Assembly: GCF_001194135.2 (NCBI RefSeq)
Contig: NC_068982.1
Location: 86,747,404 to 86,784,804 of the forward strand
Length of the DNA stretch: 37,401 nucleotides
Origin: Octopus bimaculoides
Taxonomy: Eukaryota
Direction: 5' to 3'
In this document: positions 12,420-24,419 of the stretch, in pieces
Layout: each line of letters begins with the position of its first letter
Position numbering within the stretch: position 1 is the first letter of the stretch
Notes under the pieces: model-generated
Told to the model about the DNA's origin: nothing
Seen by the model: the letters and a program-made list of their open reading frames with translations, nothing else
Database searches by the model: none
Translations under genes and position numbers: made by a program

Positions 12420-13640
12420 TAACTGCATGCCACTAATCTCCACTCTCACCTATCTTAGTGCTTGGAACCATTTCATTGTTATCCATCTGTCATTCTTAAG
12501 AGTGTCCTCTCCACTCACATTTTACATTGATGTTGAGCCACCAAATTATATCTCTTCCACCACTATACATTTCCTCTCCCATTCACAATGTCTGCCCCAC
12601 ATTCTTACAACCTACTCAACCACATATCATCTCTTTTTTACTCATCCACTCTCTTTCTTTTCTTGTCTAATATATTATTATTATCATCATTATTCTTCTA
12701 TTCTTCACCTCCCCACCCCCTTTTCTGTGCTGTTGGCCATCTCCTCTACCTTATCTCCCTCCTAACTCAATTTCTACAGCTGTCATCTGCTCTTCCTTCA
12801 TCCATACCTTCTTTGCTTATCATCCTTGAACATTTGTTCTTAATAGTCTCTCATCCATTCCCTATTTCTTACAATTTCTCACTCTCCTATACACTCGAAC
12901 AACTACCCACCCACGATTCCAGTTCTACCTGTTCCTGCTCTCATAACTTGAGGGTCTCCCACTATTTTTATTTCTTTCCAGTTCCACCTCAATCACTCCC
13001 ATTCTTTCTTCTATAATATGTATAGCTGTGTAGATTCTGTACAACAAGAAATCTGTTCTGTTCCTTTCTCTCTCACTTTCACACCTCATCTAGCATAACT
13101 ATCCTTCCTCTCTACAGTAGCCCCATTCACTCAAAAGGGATTTTAGTATTGTAAGCTGCATGGTGACCTCACTGCATTCACACTTTGATCTTTCCCTTGT
13201 TGTACTCACCCATTGCTTCTTCACCTTTGATCTCATTTTCTCTTCTTACCTTGTCCCCATTGCTTCTCCACCTTCTCAATATCCTTTGTCAACTTTCCTC
13301 CTCTGGCCCCAGCCTACCCACAATACTCCCACACATCACTTTCCTTCAGTAACTCTCTCTCAGGATATCCATCCATCCCAATCTATTGCTCCTTTCCTGA
13401 GACTCCACTACCCATCTTTCCAGAGACCCCACTGCCTCTCATCTCTTTCCTTTCACCTGTTTCCTGCCATACTCCTCTACAATTAGTGATAAATGTTTCA
13501 CTCTCACCACTAACACTCTATTGTAACAACAGATCTGTTCCTAACATCTTACAAAGATTCCCTCATTCCCTGCCTAGAATTGTCACACACTGTCTCTCTT
13601 TCATTTCCCTCAGTTACAGGGAACATTTCAAGCCTTTCTA
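12420..13640 (-). mobile_element. Pyrimidine-rich stretch, probably a highly decayed LINE
   Basis: Strong strand asymmetry like other antisense LINE remnants here; no diagnostic motif recovered. Confidence 0.3.
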
Positions 13641-13959
13641 GTTATAAAGCAATCTTCACTATTGTTGGCACCATGATAAAAGCACCAAGCACACTCTGTA
13701 AAATGGTTGGCATTAAAAAGAACAGCTAACTATAGACAGCATTTAAAAGTAGATACTGAAGTATGATGCATTCCTCCAATTTGTCAGATCCTGTGAACTG
13801 TTCATCTCATGCCAGCATGAAATCTGGATAATAAATGATGATTGATAATGATGCTGATATATATGTTGTAACACACACACACACNNNNNNNNNNATATAT
13901 ATATATATATATATATACATACATGTCTATATATATATTCAGCATTTTCTTTTCCATGG

Positions 13960-14770
13960 CTCTTTGTGTTCTTAATTTATTGTCAATGCCTTTGTTGGTA
14001 GTCTACATTTCTGATGTATACATTATGGTAGGCAACATGCACTAGTTGAAGACTTTTCAATTTACCAAAGGCTGCCCATCTTAATTGTATTCATCATTCA
14101 ATTTCTTTGGTCTGATTTTTATCCTTTAAGCAGATTATATGTCCAAGATAGGTGTATTGGTTCACATGTTCAACTATTTCATCATCTACTACTACATTTC
14201 CAGCTGTGATTAGATGGCTGGAAATTATCTTTGTTTTACTAATATTAACTCTGAGTCCACATTTTTTGCTTTCTTCCCTTAGTTTTCTGAGCATTTCTGT
14301 TGATTGTTTAATGCTCTTGGAAATGAGTACAATATCATCAGCGAATTTGAGATGAATTAGCATGCATCCATTTATCTGACCAATATAGAGAAACTGTTTT
14401 GAATACAGATGTGAATAATTTGGGTGATATGGTGTCTCCATGTCTTACTCCTTTATCAATTTTGATATCAATCGCTTTGTTGTTTATAGTTGCTGTGGTT
14501 CTTACAGTTGGTGTACACATTCTCTAATAACTTCATGTAGTCTCCTTTGATTACCTTTTTCTCCAGTGTTCTTAGTTTGTCATCAATTTCCATGGAATCA
14601 AAAGCTTTTTCAAAATCTACAAATGTGAACCATAATGGTATGTTGTGAGTTTAGCATTTTCCCTCGGTTAGTTTCTAACATGTATGTAGTCTATTGTGCT
14701 GTAGTTTTTCCTGAAGCCTGCCTGTTCTGACCTAGTGTTCTCATCCAGCATAGTTGACTTCAACGGAATC
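13960..14770 (-). mobile_element. RTE-clade LINE RT fragment
   Basis: QAGFRKNYST, DFEKAFDS, KGVRHGDTISPKLF, HLKFADDIVLIS...GLRVNISKTK...YTYLGH (RT motifs including FADD), frameshifted. Confidence 0.9.
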
Positions 14771-14865
14771 GGAACTTGGAACGTAAAGGCAAAGGAAATG
14801 CAGTTAAGCATTTTACCTGGTGTGCTAACCATTCTGCCAACTTGCCATCTTATTTATTAGAAACA

Positions 14866-14889
14866 ATAATAATAATAATAATAATCATA

Positions 14890-14920
<31 letters not shown>

Positions 14921-15148
14921 AAACCACCACCACCACCTCCTCCTCTTCCTCTTCCTCCTCCTCCTCCTCCTTCTTCTTCTTCTTCTTCTTCTTCTTCTTC
15001 TTCTTCTTCTTCTTCTTCTTCTTCTTCTTCTTCTTCTTCTTCTTCTTCTTCTTCTTCTTCTTCTTCTTCTTCTTCTTCTTCTTCTTCTTCTTCTTCTTCT
15101 TCTTCTTCTTCTTCTTCTTCTTCTTCTTCTTCTTCTTCTTCTTCTTCT
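14866..15148. repeat. Compound microsatellite ending in ~59 x (CTT)
   Basis: (AAT)n-(AATCAT)n-(CAT)n-(CAC)n-(CTC)n then uninterrupted (CTT)n at ~14970-15148. Confidence 0.95.
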
Positions 15149-15555
15149 AAATTCAGGCATGGTTGTGTGGTAAAGAATAAAAAATTCCATCTAATGATGT
15201 ATTGTAATAGCCATGTATGGTAAGTGCTTGGCCTGGTTTATGACTAAAACTCTGACTTGAACTGCAACTAAAACAAAGGTGGTGTTGTAGCATTTTAGCA
15301 AAGAATGGTTATTAATGGTTCATCATTGAGCTGGTAGATATACAGTAGAAAATAGAATGAACAAGCAAAACATATAGTATCACTTTAGGGCATGTAATTT
15401 ATAATTGAAACATAATTGTAGGGTTGTTAGAGTAAATAAGGATTAAGAAATAATGCATAAAGTCTCTTACAGCTGTTTCTAGAATAGCAATTCACATGGC
15501 GTATAGGTCATTGATTAAAGATTTCCATATAAGCAATTATTCTATTTTTAGAGAG

Positions 15556-15768
15556 GAAGAATTAAGGAATATCCTTAATAAAGGATATTAGTAGTTACCA
15601 GTTCCATTATTGAAGAATTAAGAAATACCCTTAGTAAAAAATAATAGCAGCAGTTCTAGTGTTGAAGAATTAAGGGATATCCTTAGTAAAGAATAACAGT
15701 AGTTACCAGTTCTGTCAGGAAAGAATTAAGGAATATCCTTAGTAAAATATAATAGTAGTTACCAGTTC
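15556..15768. repeat. Minisatellite, 4 copies of a 52-56 bp unit
   Basis: Unit ~GAAGAATTAAGGAATATCCTTAGTAAAGAATAATAGTAGTTACCAGTTC starting at 15556, 15612, 15664, 15720. Confidence 0.9.
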
Positions 15769-15884
15769 TTTTGTCAAGGAGAGGGTGAGGTGGATTATGA
15801 GTGGAAGGCCTGCTTGGAAATTCCTCCATCTTGTCAGATCCTGTGAACTGTTCATCTCGTGCTAGCATGAAATTTGGATAATAG

Positions 15885-17616
15885 CACAAGTGCATTTTTA
15901 AATGAAGTAAATGATGACCGTCTACTTATAGGTGATTCTGAGCCATTTCTTTATGCTGATTTCAAATATGTGCTTAGTTTTTGCCTATTACACATAGATT
16001 TTGCACAAATAGCTGCCAAAGATATGATGAGTTTTCTTGTCATTCATTCCCTTTTGTGAAATTATGAACAAATGACTAGAGCAATAATAAAAATGATATG
16101 AATAATGTATGTAGGCCTATATATTGACTAAATATATATTTTTTAATGCACTTACCATGGCTTTAAAGTAATTTTACTCCTTTTCAAACTTCCTTTTCTT
16201 TGATTTCCTTCCAGCTTTTGGTAGTTGCAGTCTTTCTTTAGGGTCCAGCAGTAATCTACCATCATGTTTACATTCCACCTTCCCTGGTACCATTGTTCTA
16301 TTTCTTTAATGTCCTAGTGAAATCTCTCACTGTACTCTTCATGTAGATTGCCAAGGTTCTCTAGGAAAGAAAGGAGGTGTGAGTGAAGAAAGTGCATTTT
16401 AACACTCATGTTGCACCCAAGCTTTTTGAAGTTTTGCAACATGGCATCAACTATGACTTTTGTAATTTTAACACTGATTGTTTCCCAAAAAGTCCTTGAT
16501 AACACACTTGAAGCTCACCCATGCCTGTTTTTGAGATTCATATATGGATTTCATATAATCTGGTCTTTCACTAGTTTACAAATGTCAGGATGAACAAATA
16601 TTTCTGCTTTAATTTTTATATTTGGGAATTTTTTAAGAGATACTGAAAACATGGTCCATCTGTAGGTGAAGATTTAATGAACTGTTTCATCAGACTGCAT
16701 CCTTTGGTAGGTTCAAATCTCTCAGCAAATCATTGAGCTCTTCCTAAGTAAATAACTGCAGACATTCAATTTCGTCAGGAGTGTAGTCATCACCTTCTTC
16801 ACATTTGTCTTCTTCAGCACTATCTGATGTAACATTCTCCAAAACAAGAGTGGGGAGAAGAACTGGAATGTCAACCCCATGTGCAATAGGCTGTATAGCT
16901 AGGGGAATACTATGATACATTATCTTACGTTTTTGTTTTCTTTTTTTTGCACTATACCCATCACTTTTAGTAATGCAGAAATAACAATTGTCAACATGGT
17001 TACTCAGCTCTTATCACACCATCAGTAATCCAAAGAGCATTTCTTTTTCTTACTGGCTTTCCAGAGTCTCAGCTCCTCCACACAAGTGAGACATATTCTG
17101 TGTGGAGCCCAATGCCTGTCTTCATCACCGAGTTTAACACCAAAATAGGCAAAGTATAAATTTTTACAAGCTCAGTTATATTTTGTCTCTGTCACAAGTA
17201 TATGCATTGATTTTAAATGGAATTTATATGTAAATATCAACAACAACTGACTTCCGGAACTACTAAAACAACACTAAAACATCAGTTAGGAATCTGTGCA
17301 CAGATCTTCAAGGTCACGTCATCTGTCATAGTTACCAATGACTCTTTGATAAACTTTATATTGGCTACTATTTTACCTTTACTAATATTAGGTCAGCATT
17401 GGTTTATAGCAATCTATTTTGTTGAGCAAAATAAATCAGATAATCATGGTCATCTGATTCTCTGGTACCATAATACAGAAAAAAAACCCCAAAGCTTTAT
17501 TACAGAAAAACTAGACAAGATAGAGAAAAACTAATGACAGATCTGAAATCAGCATAAAAAATTGCTTTAAAAAGTTAAGTAGAGATTTAAATATACAAAG
17601 TCATGCAGACTTTGTG
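15885..17616 (-). mobile_element. Chapaev-3 (CMC superfamily) DNA transposon, internally deleted
   Basis: Minus-strand YFAYFGVKLGDEDRHWAPHRICLTC...NHVDNCYFC (Chapa domain) and LGCNMSVKMHFLHSHLLSFLENLGNLHEEYSERFH; CAC...GTG termini; subterminal inverted motifs (tatgctgatttca...agtttt at ~15950 and ~17530-17555). Confidence 0.8.
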
Positions 17617-17672
17617 TAATCAATGATATAATGATAGATAATGACGATGATATGTATGTTGTAACACACACA

Positions 17673-17777
<105 letters not shown>

Positions 17778-17984
17778 TCATATATGCCAGGTGTTGAAAT
17801 GCTGAAGAATGATAGAGGTACAAGCATAGATGTCTTGCTGTAGAGGAGGTACATGGCTGAAGGTACCGTAAGGAGGTGGAGCTCAATATAAATATATATA
17901 ATATATATATAGAGAGAGGTAATATTTATCCCAACTTATATGTGGATGTTCTGTTAGAACAAACTATACTGCAGTAGCTATCAA

Positions 17985-18236
17985 GAGAGAAACTCTCATA
18001 TTGGTATTTTGGTGCATAATGCACTCTTGTTTATATTGCTAGCAGGGAGACAAACCCTTGCCACATCCAGTGCTGAGACTACTGGGTTACATGATTTTGA
18101 CCTTCCTTGCTCTTGTCAATGATGGATGCTCAACCACTAGAGATAACAGTGATTCATCTCCCTGCCACTGATATATAGATTAACAGTGCCAGAACAGGTG
18201 CTGGTGTCATGATTAGCCAGTATGAGAGTTTCTCTC
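17985..18236. mobile_element. MITE-like element with 20-bp inverted repeats
   Basis: GAGAGAAACTCTCATATTGG (17985) versus CCAGTATGAGAGTTTCTCTC (18217-18236), 19/20 match, with degenerate outward extension. Confidence 0.55.
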
Positions 18237-18289
18237 ATGGTAATTACAGATGGTTGATGGTGCACTTGCACTTAGTGATTCTGAAAAGA

Positions 18290-18520
18290 AGAGGCATGAC
18301 AGTGTTACTATGACGGGGTGCTACATGTAGAAAATACATGGGAGAATGAGAGTCTTCCTAACGTGGACCCAACAGAGGTTGGGTCTTTCTGAGTTGACAG
18401 CAACATGATAGATAAAGCAATTATGGATATGAAGACAGGGAAAGCCCCTGGTCCATCAGGAATTACCACTGAGATGCTTAAAATGTCTCATGGCATGGAG
18501 TATGGCCTAGTCACATATAT
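18290..18520 (+). mobile_element. RTE-clade LINE RT N-terminal fragment
   Basis: IDKAIMDMKTGKAPGPSGITTEMLK; related copy at ~20690-20900 (KAIKDMKKGKTPGPS-like). Confidence 0.75.
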
Positions 18521-18769
18521 GAAACATGTAAAAGAATAAAAGAATATATATACACATATAGATCTTTCTCTTTTTCTCTCTCTTTATATATATATATATA
18601 TTAAAATGCATGTAAATACACACATGTGCATGTGTGTGTGTGTAAATAAGAAAATGAGATGACAAAGTAATAAATGATTATCTAGTGAACTTCATTAGCT
18701 TACAGCTGTTTCTGCTATAAGATGCAAATGACTTTGGGAAACCTGCCAGCAATCTGATCACCTATCAAT

Positions 18770-20040
18770 TTAGTGGGCATACTAGCCAGAAACAGGAACA
18801 GGCATAAGTCTTTCCCAGGTGAAAATTATACAACTCAACATAGGTCTGTGGTTTGTAACTTTGGACTTAATGTTAGAAAGATCCTGAGTCACAAACCGAT
18901 ATGGAAAAGGAGGCTATGGATCCTTCAAATGGGCAGAGATTTGGAGATGTTCTTAATGAAGACTTTGATGAGAAGGAGGTGGAGATAGAGACATATAACA
19001 TAGAGGACAACTAGAAGTTCTTATGGGACAATCTACTGAGGGTGACAGACCAAATCTGTTGTGGGAGCAAAGCTTTCACTAGACTAACGGTGACATGGTA
19101 GTGGGATAGTGAGGTAGACAGGGCTATAAAAAAGAAGAGATGGGCTTGGAAAGACTGCAAGATTTGGGGTTGCAAAGAACCATAACAGATAGCTACAAGA
19201 GAAGCTAGGCATAAGGTATATCTAGTTAGGGCAGAAGCAGAAAGGAAGAGGTTTGCCAATGTCTTATATATGAAGTTCAGAGACTTGACATGTTCTGGAT
19301 TGTCCAAAAACCTTGCAAAAGTAAAAAACCTAGCAAAAACCAAAGTCTTAGTAAGTAGGAAGGCAGACAAATTACAAATCCCTTGAGGTAGATGGCCTTG
19401 CTCGATCTGCAGAAAAGGCATTGGCAGGAACTCCATAAGATGTACCCTGTGTAAGCTATGGACACATAAGAGGTGTAGCAGTATCAAAGGAAGGTTAGCA
19501 AGGAGGTTAGTTTTTGTGTGTGGAAGGTGCACAGGAACAATAAACACCAAAAATGTACAGAAAATAGATTCCATCACATACCAGGGGGGAAAACTAGAAG
19601 TAGTTGATAGCTTTTGTTACCAAGGTGACCAAGTCAGTAGCGAGGGTGGATGCTGTGAGAGCATAGCTGCTAGAATAAGAATAGGCTGGGCAAAGTTCAG
19701 AGAGCTCCTACCTCTAGTGGCAATAAAGGGCCTCTCACTCAGAATGAAAGGTAGACTGTATGTTGCCTGTGTGCAAACAGCCATGTTACCCAGCAGTGGA
19801 ACATGGGCTGTGATTGCCGAGGACATGTGTAGGCTTGTAAAAAATGAAGCTAGTATGCTCTGCTGGATGTGTAATGTCAGTATGCATGCACATGTCAGCA
19901 AGCATCATGTGAGAAAAGATAGACCTAAGAAGCATCAGATGGGATGAGGTAGTGAAGCATGATCTTCAAATGTTGGGCCTCACAATGACAAGCAACCGAG
20001 ACCTTTGGAGATATGCCATGCTTGAGAAGACTTGGCAAGC
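18770..20040 (+). mobile_element. RTE-clade LINE, deleted copy (endonuclease end, linker, RT C-terminal part with Cys/His finger)
   Basis: KSFPGE..TTQHRSVVC, NLAKTKVLVS, C4HC3 finger at 19399-19530, LEVVDSFCY.G, RIRIGWAKFRELLPL..KGLSLRMKGRLY. Confidence 0.85.
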
Positions 20041-20539
20041 CAAGTGAGATTGTAGCCATGGCTGATGCTACATAACTGGCCTGTTAAAAGCACCCTTCAC
20101 CCTTCAATCATTAGACGATAAGCTGTGCTTGTGAAGACCTGTCAAACTGAGTGAAATCATAGTCGTGGCTGTGCTGATGGCACATAAAAAGCACCATTTA
20201 AGTGTTGGGCCTCATGAAGGCAGTGACAGGTGACCAAAACCTTTGGTGATATAGTGTGCTTGTGTTGACCTGTCAAGCCAAGTGAGACTGTAGTCATGAC
20301 TGATGCTGGTGTCGGGTCAATGGCGCCCATGCTAGTAGTATGTAAAACATACCTACTTACACTCTCAGTGTGGTTGGTATTAGCAAGGGCATCCAGCTGT
20401 AGAAACCTTGCCAAATCAAATCGGAACCAGGCTTACCAGTTTTCAGTCAAACTGTCCAACCCATGCCAGTATGGAAAGCGGACGTTAAATGATGATGATG
20501 ATGATGATGATGTGTTAGAGAGAATCAAGATTTTGTGGG

Positions 20540-21060
20540 AGAGAAGTATGTATGGACAGATAATGGTATGCTTGCTCTTAGTGATCCTGAAAAGAAAGAG
20601 GCATGAAAGAGCTATTATGAAAGACTATTAAATGTAGAGAATGAAAGGGAGAAAGGGAGTCTTCTTCATGTAAACCCAATAGAGGGACCAGCTATCCTAG
20701 TTGACAGAAGTAAGATAGATAAGGTAATTAAAGATATGAAGAAAGGGAAGACTCCTGGTCCATCAAGAGTCACTGCCGAGATGCTTAAGATATCTGGTAA
20801 AGTTGGATACAGTCTAGTCACCAGTATAATTAATTGGCTATTCAAGAAGATGTAATCTCTAGTGACTGGTGCAGCAGCATCATAGTCAGCTGCTACAAAG
20901 GCAAGAAAGACACCTTCAGATCCAGGAAAACATGGGGGGAAGTACTGAAGGTGGATCTCAAAATGCTGAACCTTATGAAGGAGATGACAGATGACCAAGA
21001 TATGTGGTGAATTGCTGTACTCGAGAAGACCTGTCCACCACAACAAAATTGAGATCTTAA
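20540..21060 (+). mobile_element. RTE-clade LINE fragments
   Basis: gagatgcttaagatatctgg / IPSDWCSSIIVSCYKGK-like segment followed by the family 3' tail (gaccaagatatgtggtgaattgctgtactcgagaagacc). Confidence 0.65.
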
Positions 21061-21331
21061 ACTCAAGGTGCCACGTAAAAAGCATTGATGTGGATGCTAG
21101 TGCCACATAAAAAGCACTGGTGATGGTGTCACTTAAAAAGAACCCAGTACACTTTGTTGAGTGGTTGGTGTTAAGAAGGGCATCCAGTCATAGAAACCAA
21201 GACAAAACAGACTCTGGAACCTGGTGTGGCCCCTGGCTTTGCTGGATCTTGTCATGCTGTCTAACCCATGGCAGCATGGAAAAAGGGTATTAAATGTTGA
21301 TGAGAATGATTATATATATATTTCTATATAT

Positions 21332-21534
21332 ATTCTTTTATTCTTTTACTTGTTTCAGTCATTTGACTGCAGCCATGATGGAGCACTGCTTATTAGTCAA
21401 ACAAATTGACCCCAGGACTTATTCTTTGTAAGCCTAGTACTTATTCTATTGGTCACTTTTGCTGAACTGCTAAGTTATGGAGACGTAAACACACCAACAT
21501 CAGTTGTCAAGGTGGGGTTGTCAACATCAGTGGA

Positions 21535-21589
<55 letters not shown>

Positions 21590-21761
21590 TACATATATAC
21601 GATGGGCTTCTTTCAGTTTCTGTCTACCAAATCCACTTACAAGACTTTGGTCAACCTGAGGCTATAGTAGAAGATGCTTGCCTTAGGTGCCATGCAGTGG
21701 GACTGAACCCAGACCATGTGGTTGAGCAGCAAGCTGCTTACCACACAGTCACTCCTGCACC
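21332..21761 (-). mobile_element. tRNA-derived SINE (family A), full length
   Basis: Reverse complement of the copy at 29512-29915, including the central (CA)n spacer. Confidence 0.9.
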
Positions 21762-21899
21762 TAGCCACTTTCTGTTTATATTCATCTGTCTATATGTGTA
21801 TATATGGATATACATATATATACACACATATATATCTATATGCATACATATGTGTGTGTGTATAACAACAAAAAATATGTACAGGGAAAATTATATGTA

Positions 21900-22070
21900 C
21901 ATATATACGACGGGCTTCTTTCAGTTTCCGTCTACCAAATCCACTCACAAGGCTTTGGTCGGCCTGAGGCTATAGTAGAAGACACGTGCCCAAGGTGCCA
22001 TGCAGTGGGACTGAACCCAGAACCCTGTGGTTGGTAAGCAAGGTACTTACCACACAGCTACTCCTGCGCC
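21900..22070 (-). mobile_element. tRNA-derived SINE (family A), 5' head
   Basis: cgacgggcttctttcagtttccgtctaccaaatccactcacaagg...accacacagctactcctgcgcc. Confidence 0.9.
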
Positions 22071-22094
22071 TACATATATATATATATATATATC

Positions 22095-22151
<57 letters not shown>

Positions 22152-22189
22152 ACGTGTGTTTGTGTGTGTATACAAAGTTATTCAAGAGG

Positions 22190-23050
22190 AATGAACCAGT
22201 TTTATTGCGCAATGTTTCGGTAGGGGAAGGCAATAGAAGGCTCCAGCTGCGGAGTGGGGCAGAGAATTCTTGGGAAGATCTTATACTAATAGATTTGAAC
22301 CCTGAATCTTCTTATTCATCCAGACTTTTTTAGAGCTGTCAACCAGCTCTCCACATCTGGCCTTGTCACCTTGGTAGAGTTAATGTCCCTGAAACTGCAG
22401 CCGAAGACTTTCTCAATAGTCTTCATTGGTTTTTTTTTTTTCTTCTAAACCTTATACTGGGACTTTGTGGGCTTGAAACTCATTTGTGCACATGGCATGA
22501 GCTTTTCTAGTTTCCTGCACTGTTGTCATCTTGAGGTCATTCATGACAGCTCTACTGGTTGACTAGCTTACTCCTGTCTTGCTGAGGAGGCCTAGCAGTC
22601 CTCTGCTGACTTGATCAGCATGTTCATTGCTAATGCAAGGAGGAACACTGAGATAGTGTACCTGGTGATTATTCTCACTTATAGTTAGTTCCAGTCAAAT
22701 TTCAGCTGATCAAAGGAAACCTTTTAACCTACATATGCCATAGTTGTCCATAATGTAGTCTGCCTTCTTGAATACATGGTGTCTCTCTAGTATTGAACTA
22801 TTGGTGTTGGCCAGATCCAGCTACAGCACTGTGAGATCTTCTCTTCCTTATGCCTCTCTAACAAGTTGGGTCATACCTATGTGTTTGAGGCAATTAGGGA
22901 CTCCTCATATGCCTACCTTCTGTTCTGATGTGCTGATGTAACTACTATTCAGCTGTAAGTTGGAGAGTCTCTTGGATAATGTGGGAGTGTGCCCTCTAAA
23001 GAAGTCTCAGCTGGAATGGTGTACAGTTCCTCTTAGAGTCAGCTTCATCC
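22190..23050 (-). mobile_element. Hero-type (RLE/R2 group) non-LTR retrotransposon RT fragment
   Basis: Minus-strand GVPNCLKHIGMTQLVREA*GREDLTVL*LDLAN; IITRYTISVFLLALAMNMLIKSAE; RAVMNDLKMTT; MSFKPTKS; KSG*IRRFRVQIY*YKIFPRILCPL match the Hero RT motifs; may extend to ~23700. Confidence 0.8.
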
Positions 23051-24419
23051 ACAGGTCTTTATATGACCACCTGCTCTCAAATACAAACCTGATAAGGGGA
23101 AGGGGAAATTAGACAACCTTACATGCCCACTCCACCAAGGCAAACAAACAGACATCGTCAACATTGTACTCCACTTATTTTCATCAAACAAGTGATTCTG
23201 ATTCAACTCATGGTGCCATATGAAAGCAGAGTGGATGAAGCCCACATTTACAAGTCAGAAAATAAAGCAGTTTAACTATCAAGGTTGAGAAACTCTGACT
23301 TAGAAACTAAAGTCCTTGCTATTGAGGTGGGAGTGAGAAAGTTTGTTGGAAAATTTACCTATGATTTCATGAAATGACTTGCAATTTCTGGGAGAAAGAG
23401 CATCAGAATTCATAAGGTAATGGCAGAACAGCTGAGAAAAATTCCAACTGGATCTAGTCATCAAGGAGGAAAGGGAGTGAGTTTCAGAAAACATAATTCA
23501 CCTTACATTCAGTCAACAACTCGGACTGAACTGGTACCTTGGCTCTGGGACACCTGAATCACCCAGAAGGGTTGCCATCTGTACAGTAACACAGAATGTG
23601 GGAACAAGGGTATTCAGGAGTTATGATCTGGATGTAGCCTGACCTCCTTAGAGTAAATGGTGTTAAGAGCTGAAACACTTCATTGAGAGGGCAGGCTTCT
23701 TTGAAGACCTTCTGCTGTTCATCTCAGCCCAGAGTTTCTTACTACATATATGTATATGTGTGTGTGTGTGNNNNNNNNNNNNNNNNNNNNNNNNNNNNNN
23801 NNNNNNNNNNNNNGTGTGTGTGTGTGTGTGTGTGTGTACATATATATATATATGTCAAATATCGTCATTGTTATTTAATGCCTGTTTTGCATGTTATCAT
23901 GGGTTGAAGAGTTTGACAAGAGCTGTCAAGGCCAGAAGCTGCACTAGGTTCCATAGTTTGTTTTGGCATGGGTTCTACTGCTGGATGCCCTTCCTGATGC
24001 CAACCACTTTACAGAGTGTATTGTGTGCCTTTACACGACACCAACACTATGCTTTTTACATGACACCAGCACTGATAGGCTCACCAAGTACCTTGCAAGA
24101 CAGAAAACTTCAGCTGGGAGTGGGGAAATAGTATTGAGGGATGTGACTTTGTGCCATTTGAAAGATTTAGGGTATAGAGGGGACAGATTTAGGTCCCTTG
24201 CTGTAGAGTAGATACATGGATACCGCAGTTGGAGAGTAAGGTAAAAAATGTGATTGTAAGAGAGATGATGCCAGAGATGTCGGGACATGCCCTCAAGGGA
24301 TATTGGGGTGGGGCGAGAATAAGCGAGGCTTGGGTTGGGTGAGTGGGGCAGGATGAGGTGACTGCCTTATTGAAAATTTCTTTAGAAAAAGAGAGGTTAG
24401 AGACCTACTAATGTTAGCT

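Noticed and set aside
10580-12433. Several 127-208 aa ORFs rich in YI/X
   Set aside because: Translations of (TA)n and (TATC)n repeats and N gaps.
14776-15190. Poly-F / poly-R ORFs
   Set aside because: Translation of the (CTT)n microsatellite.
15556-15768. CRISPR-like repeat array
   Set aside because: Eukaryotic context, linkers of only a few nt, no cas genes; it is a minisatellite.
19011-19577. 188-aa minus-strand ORF
   Set aside because: Antisense of the plus-strand RTE element.
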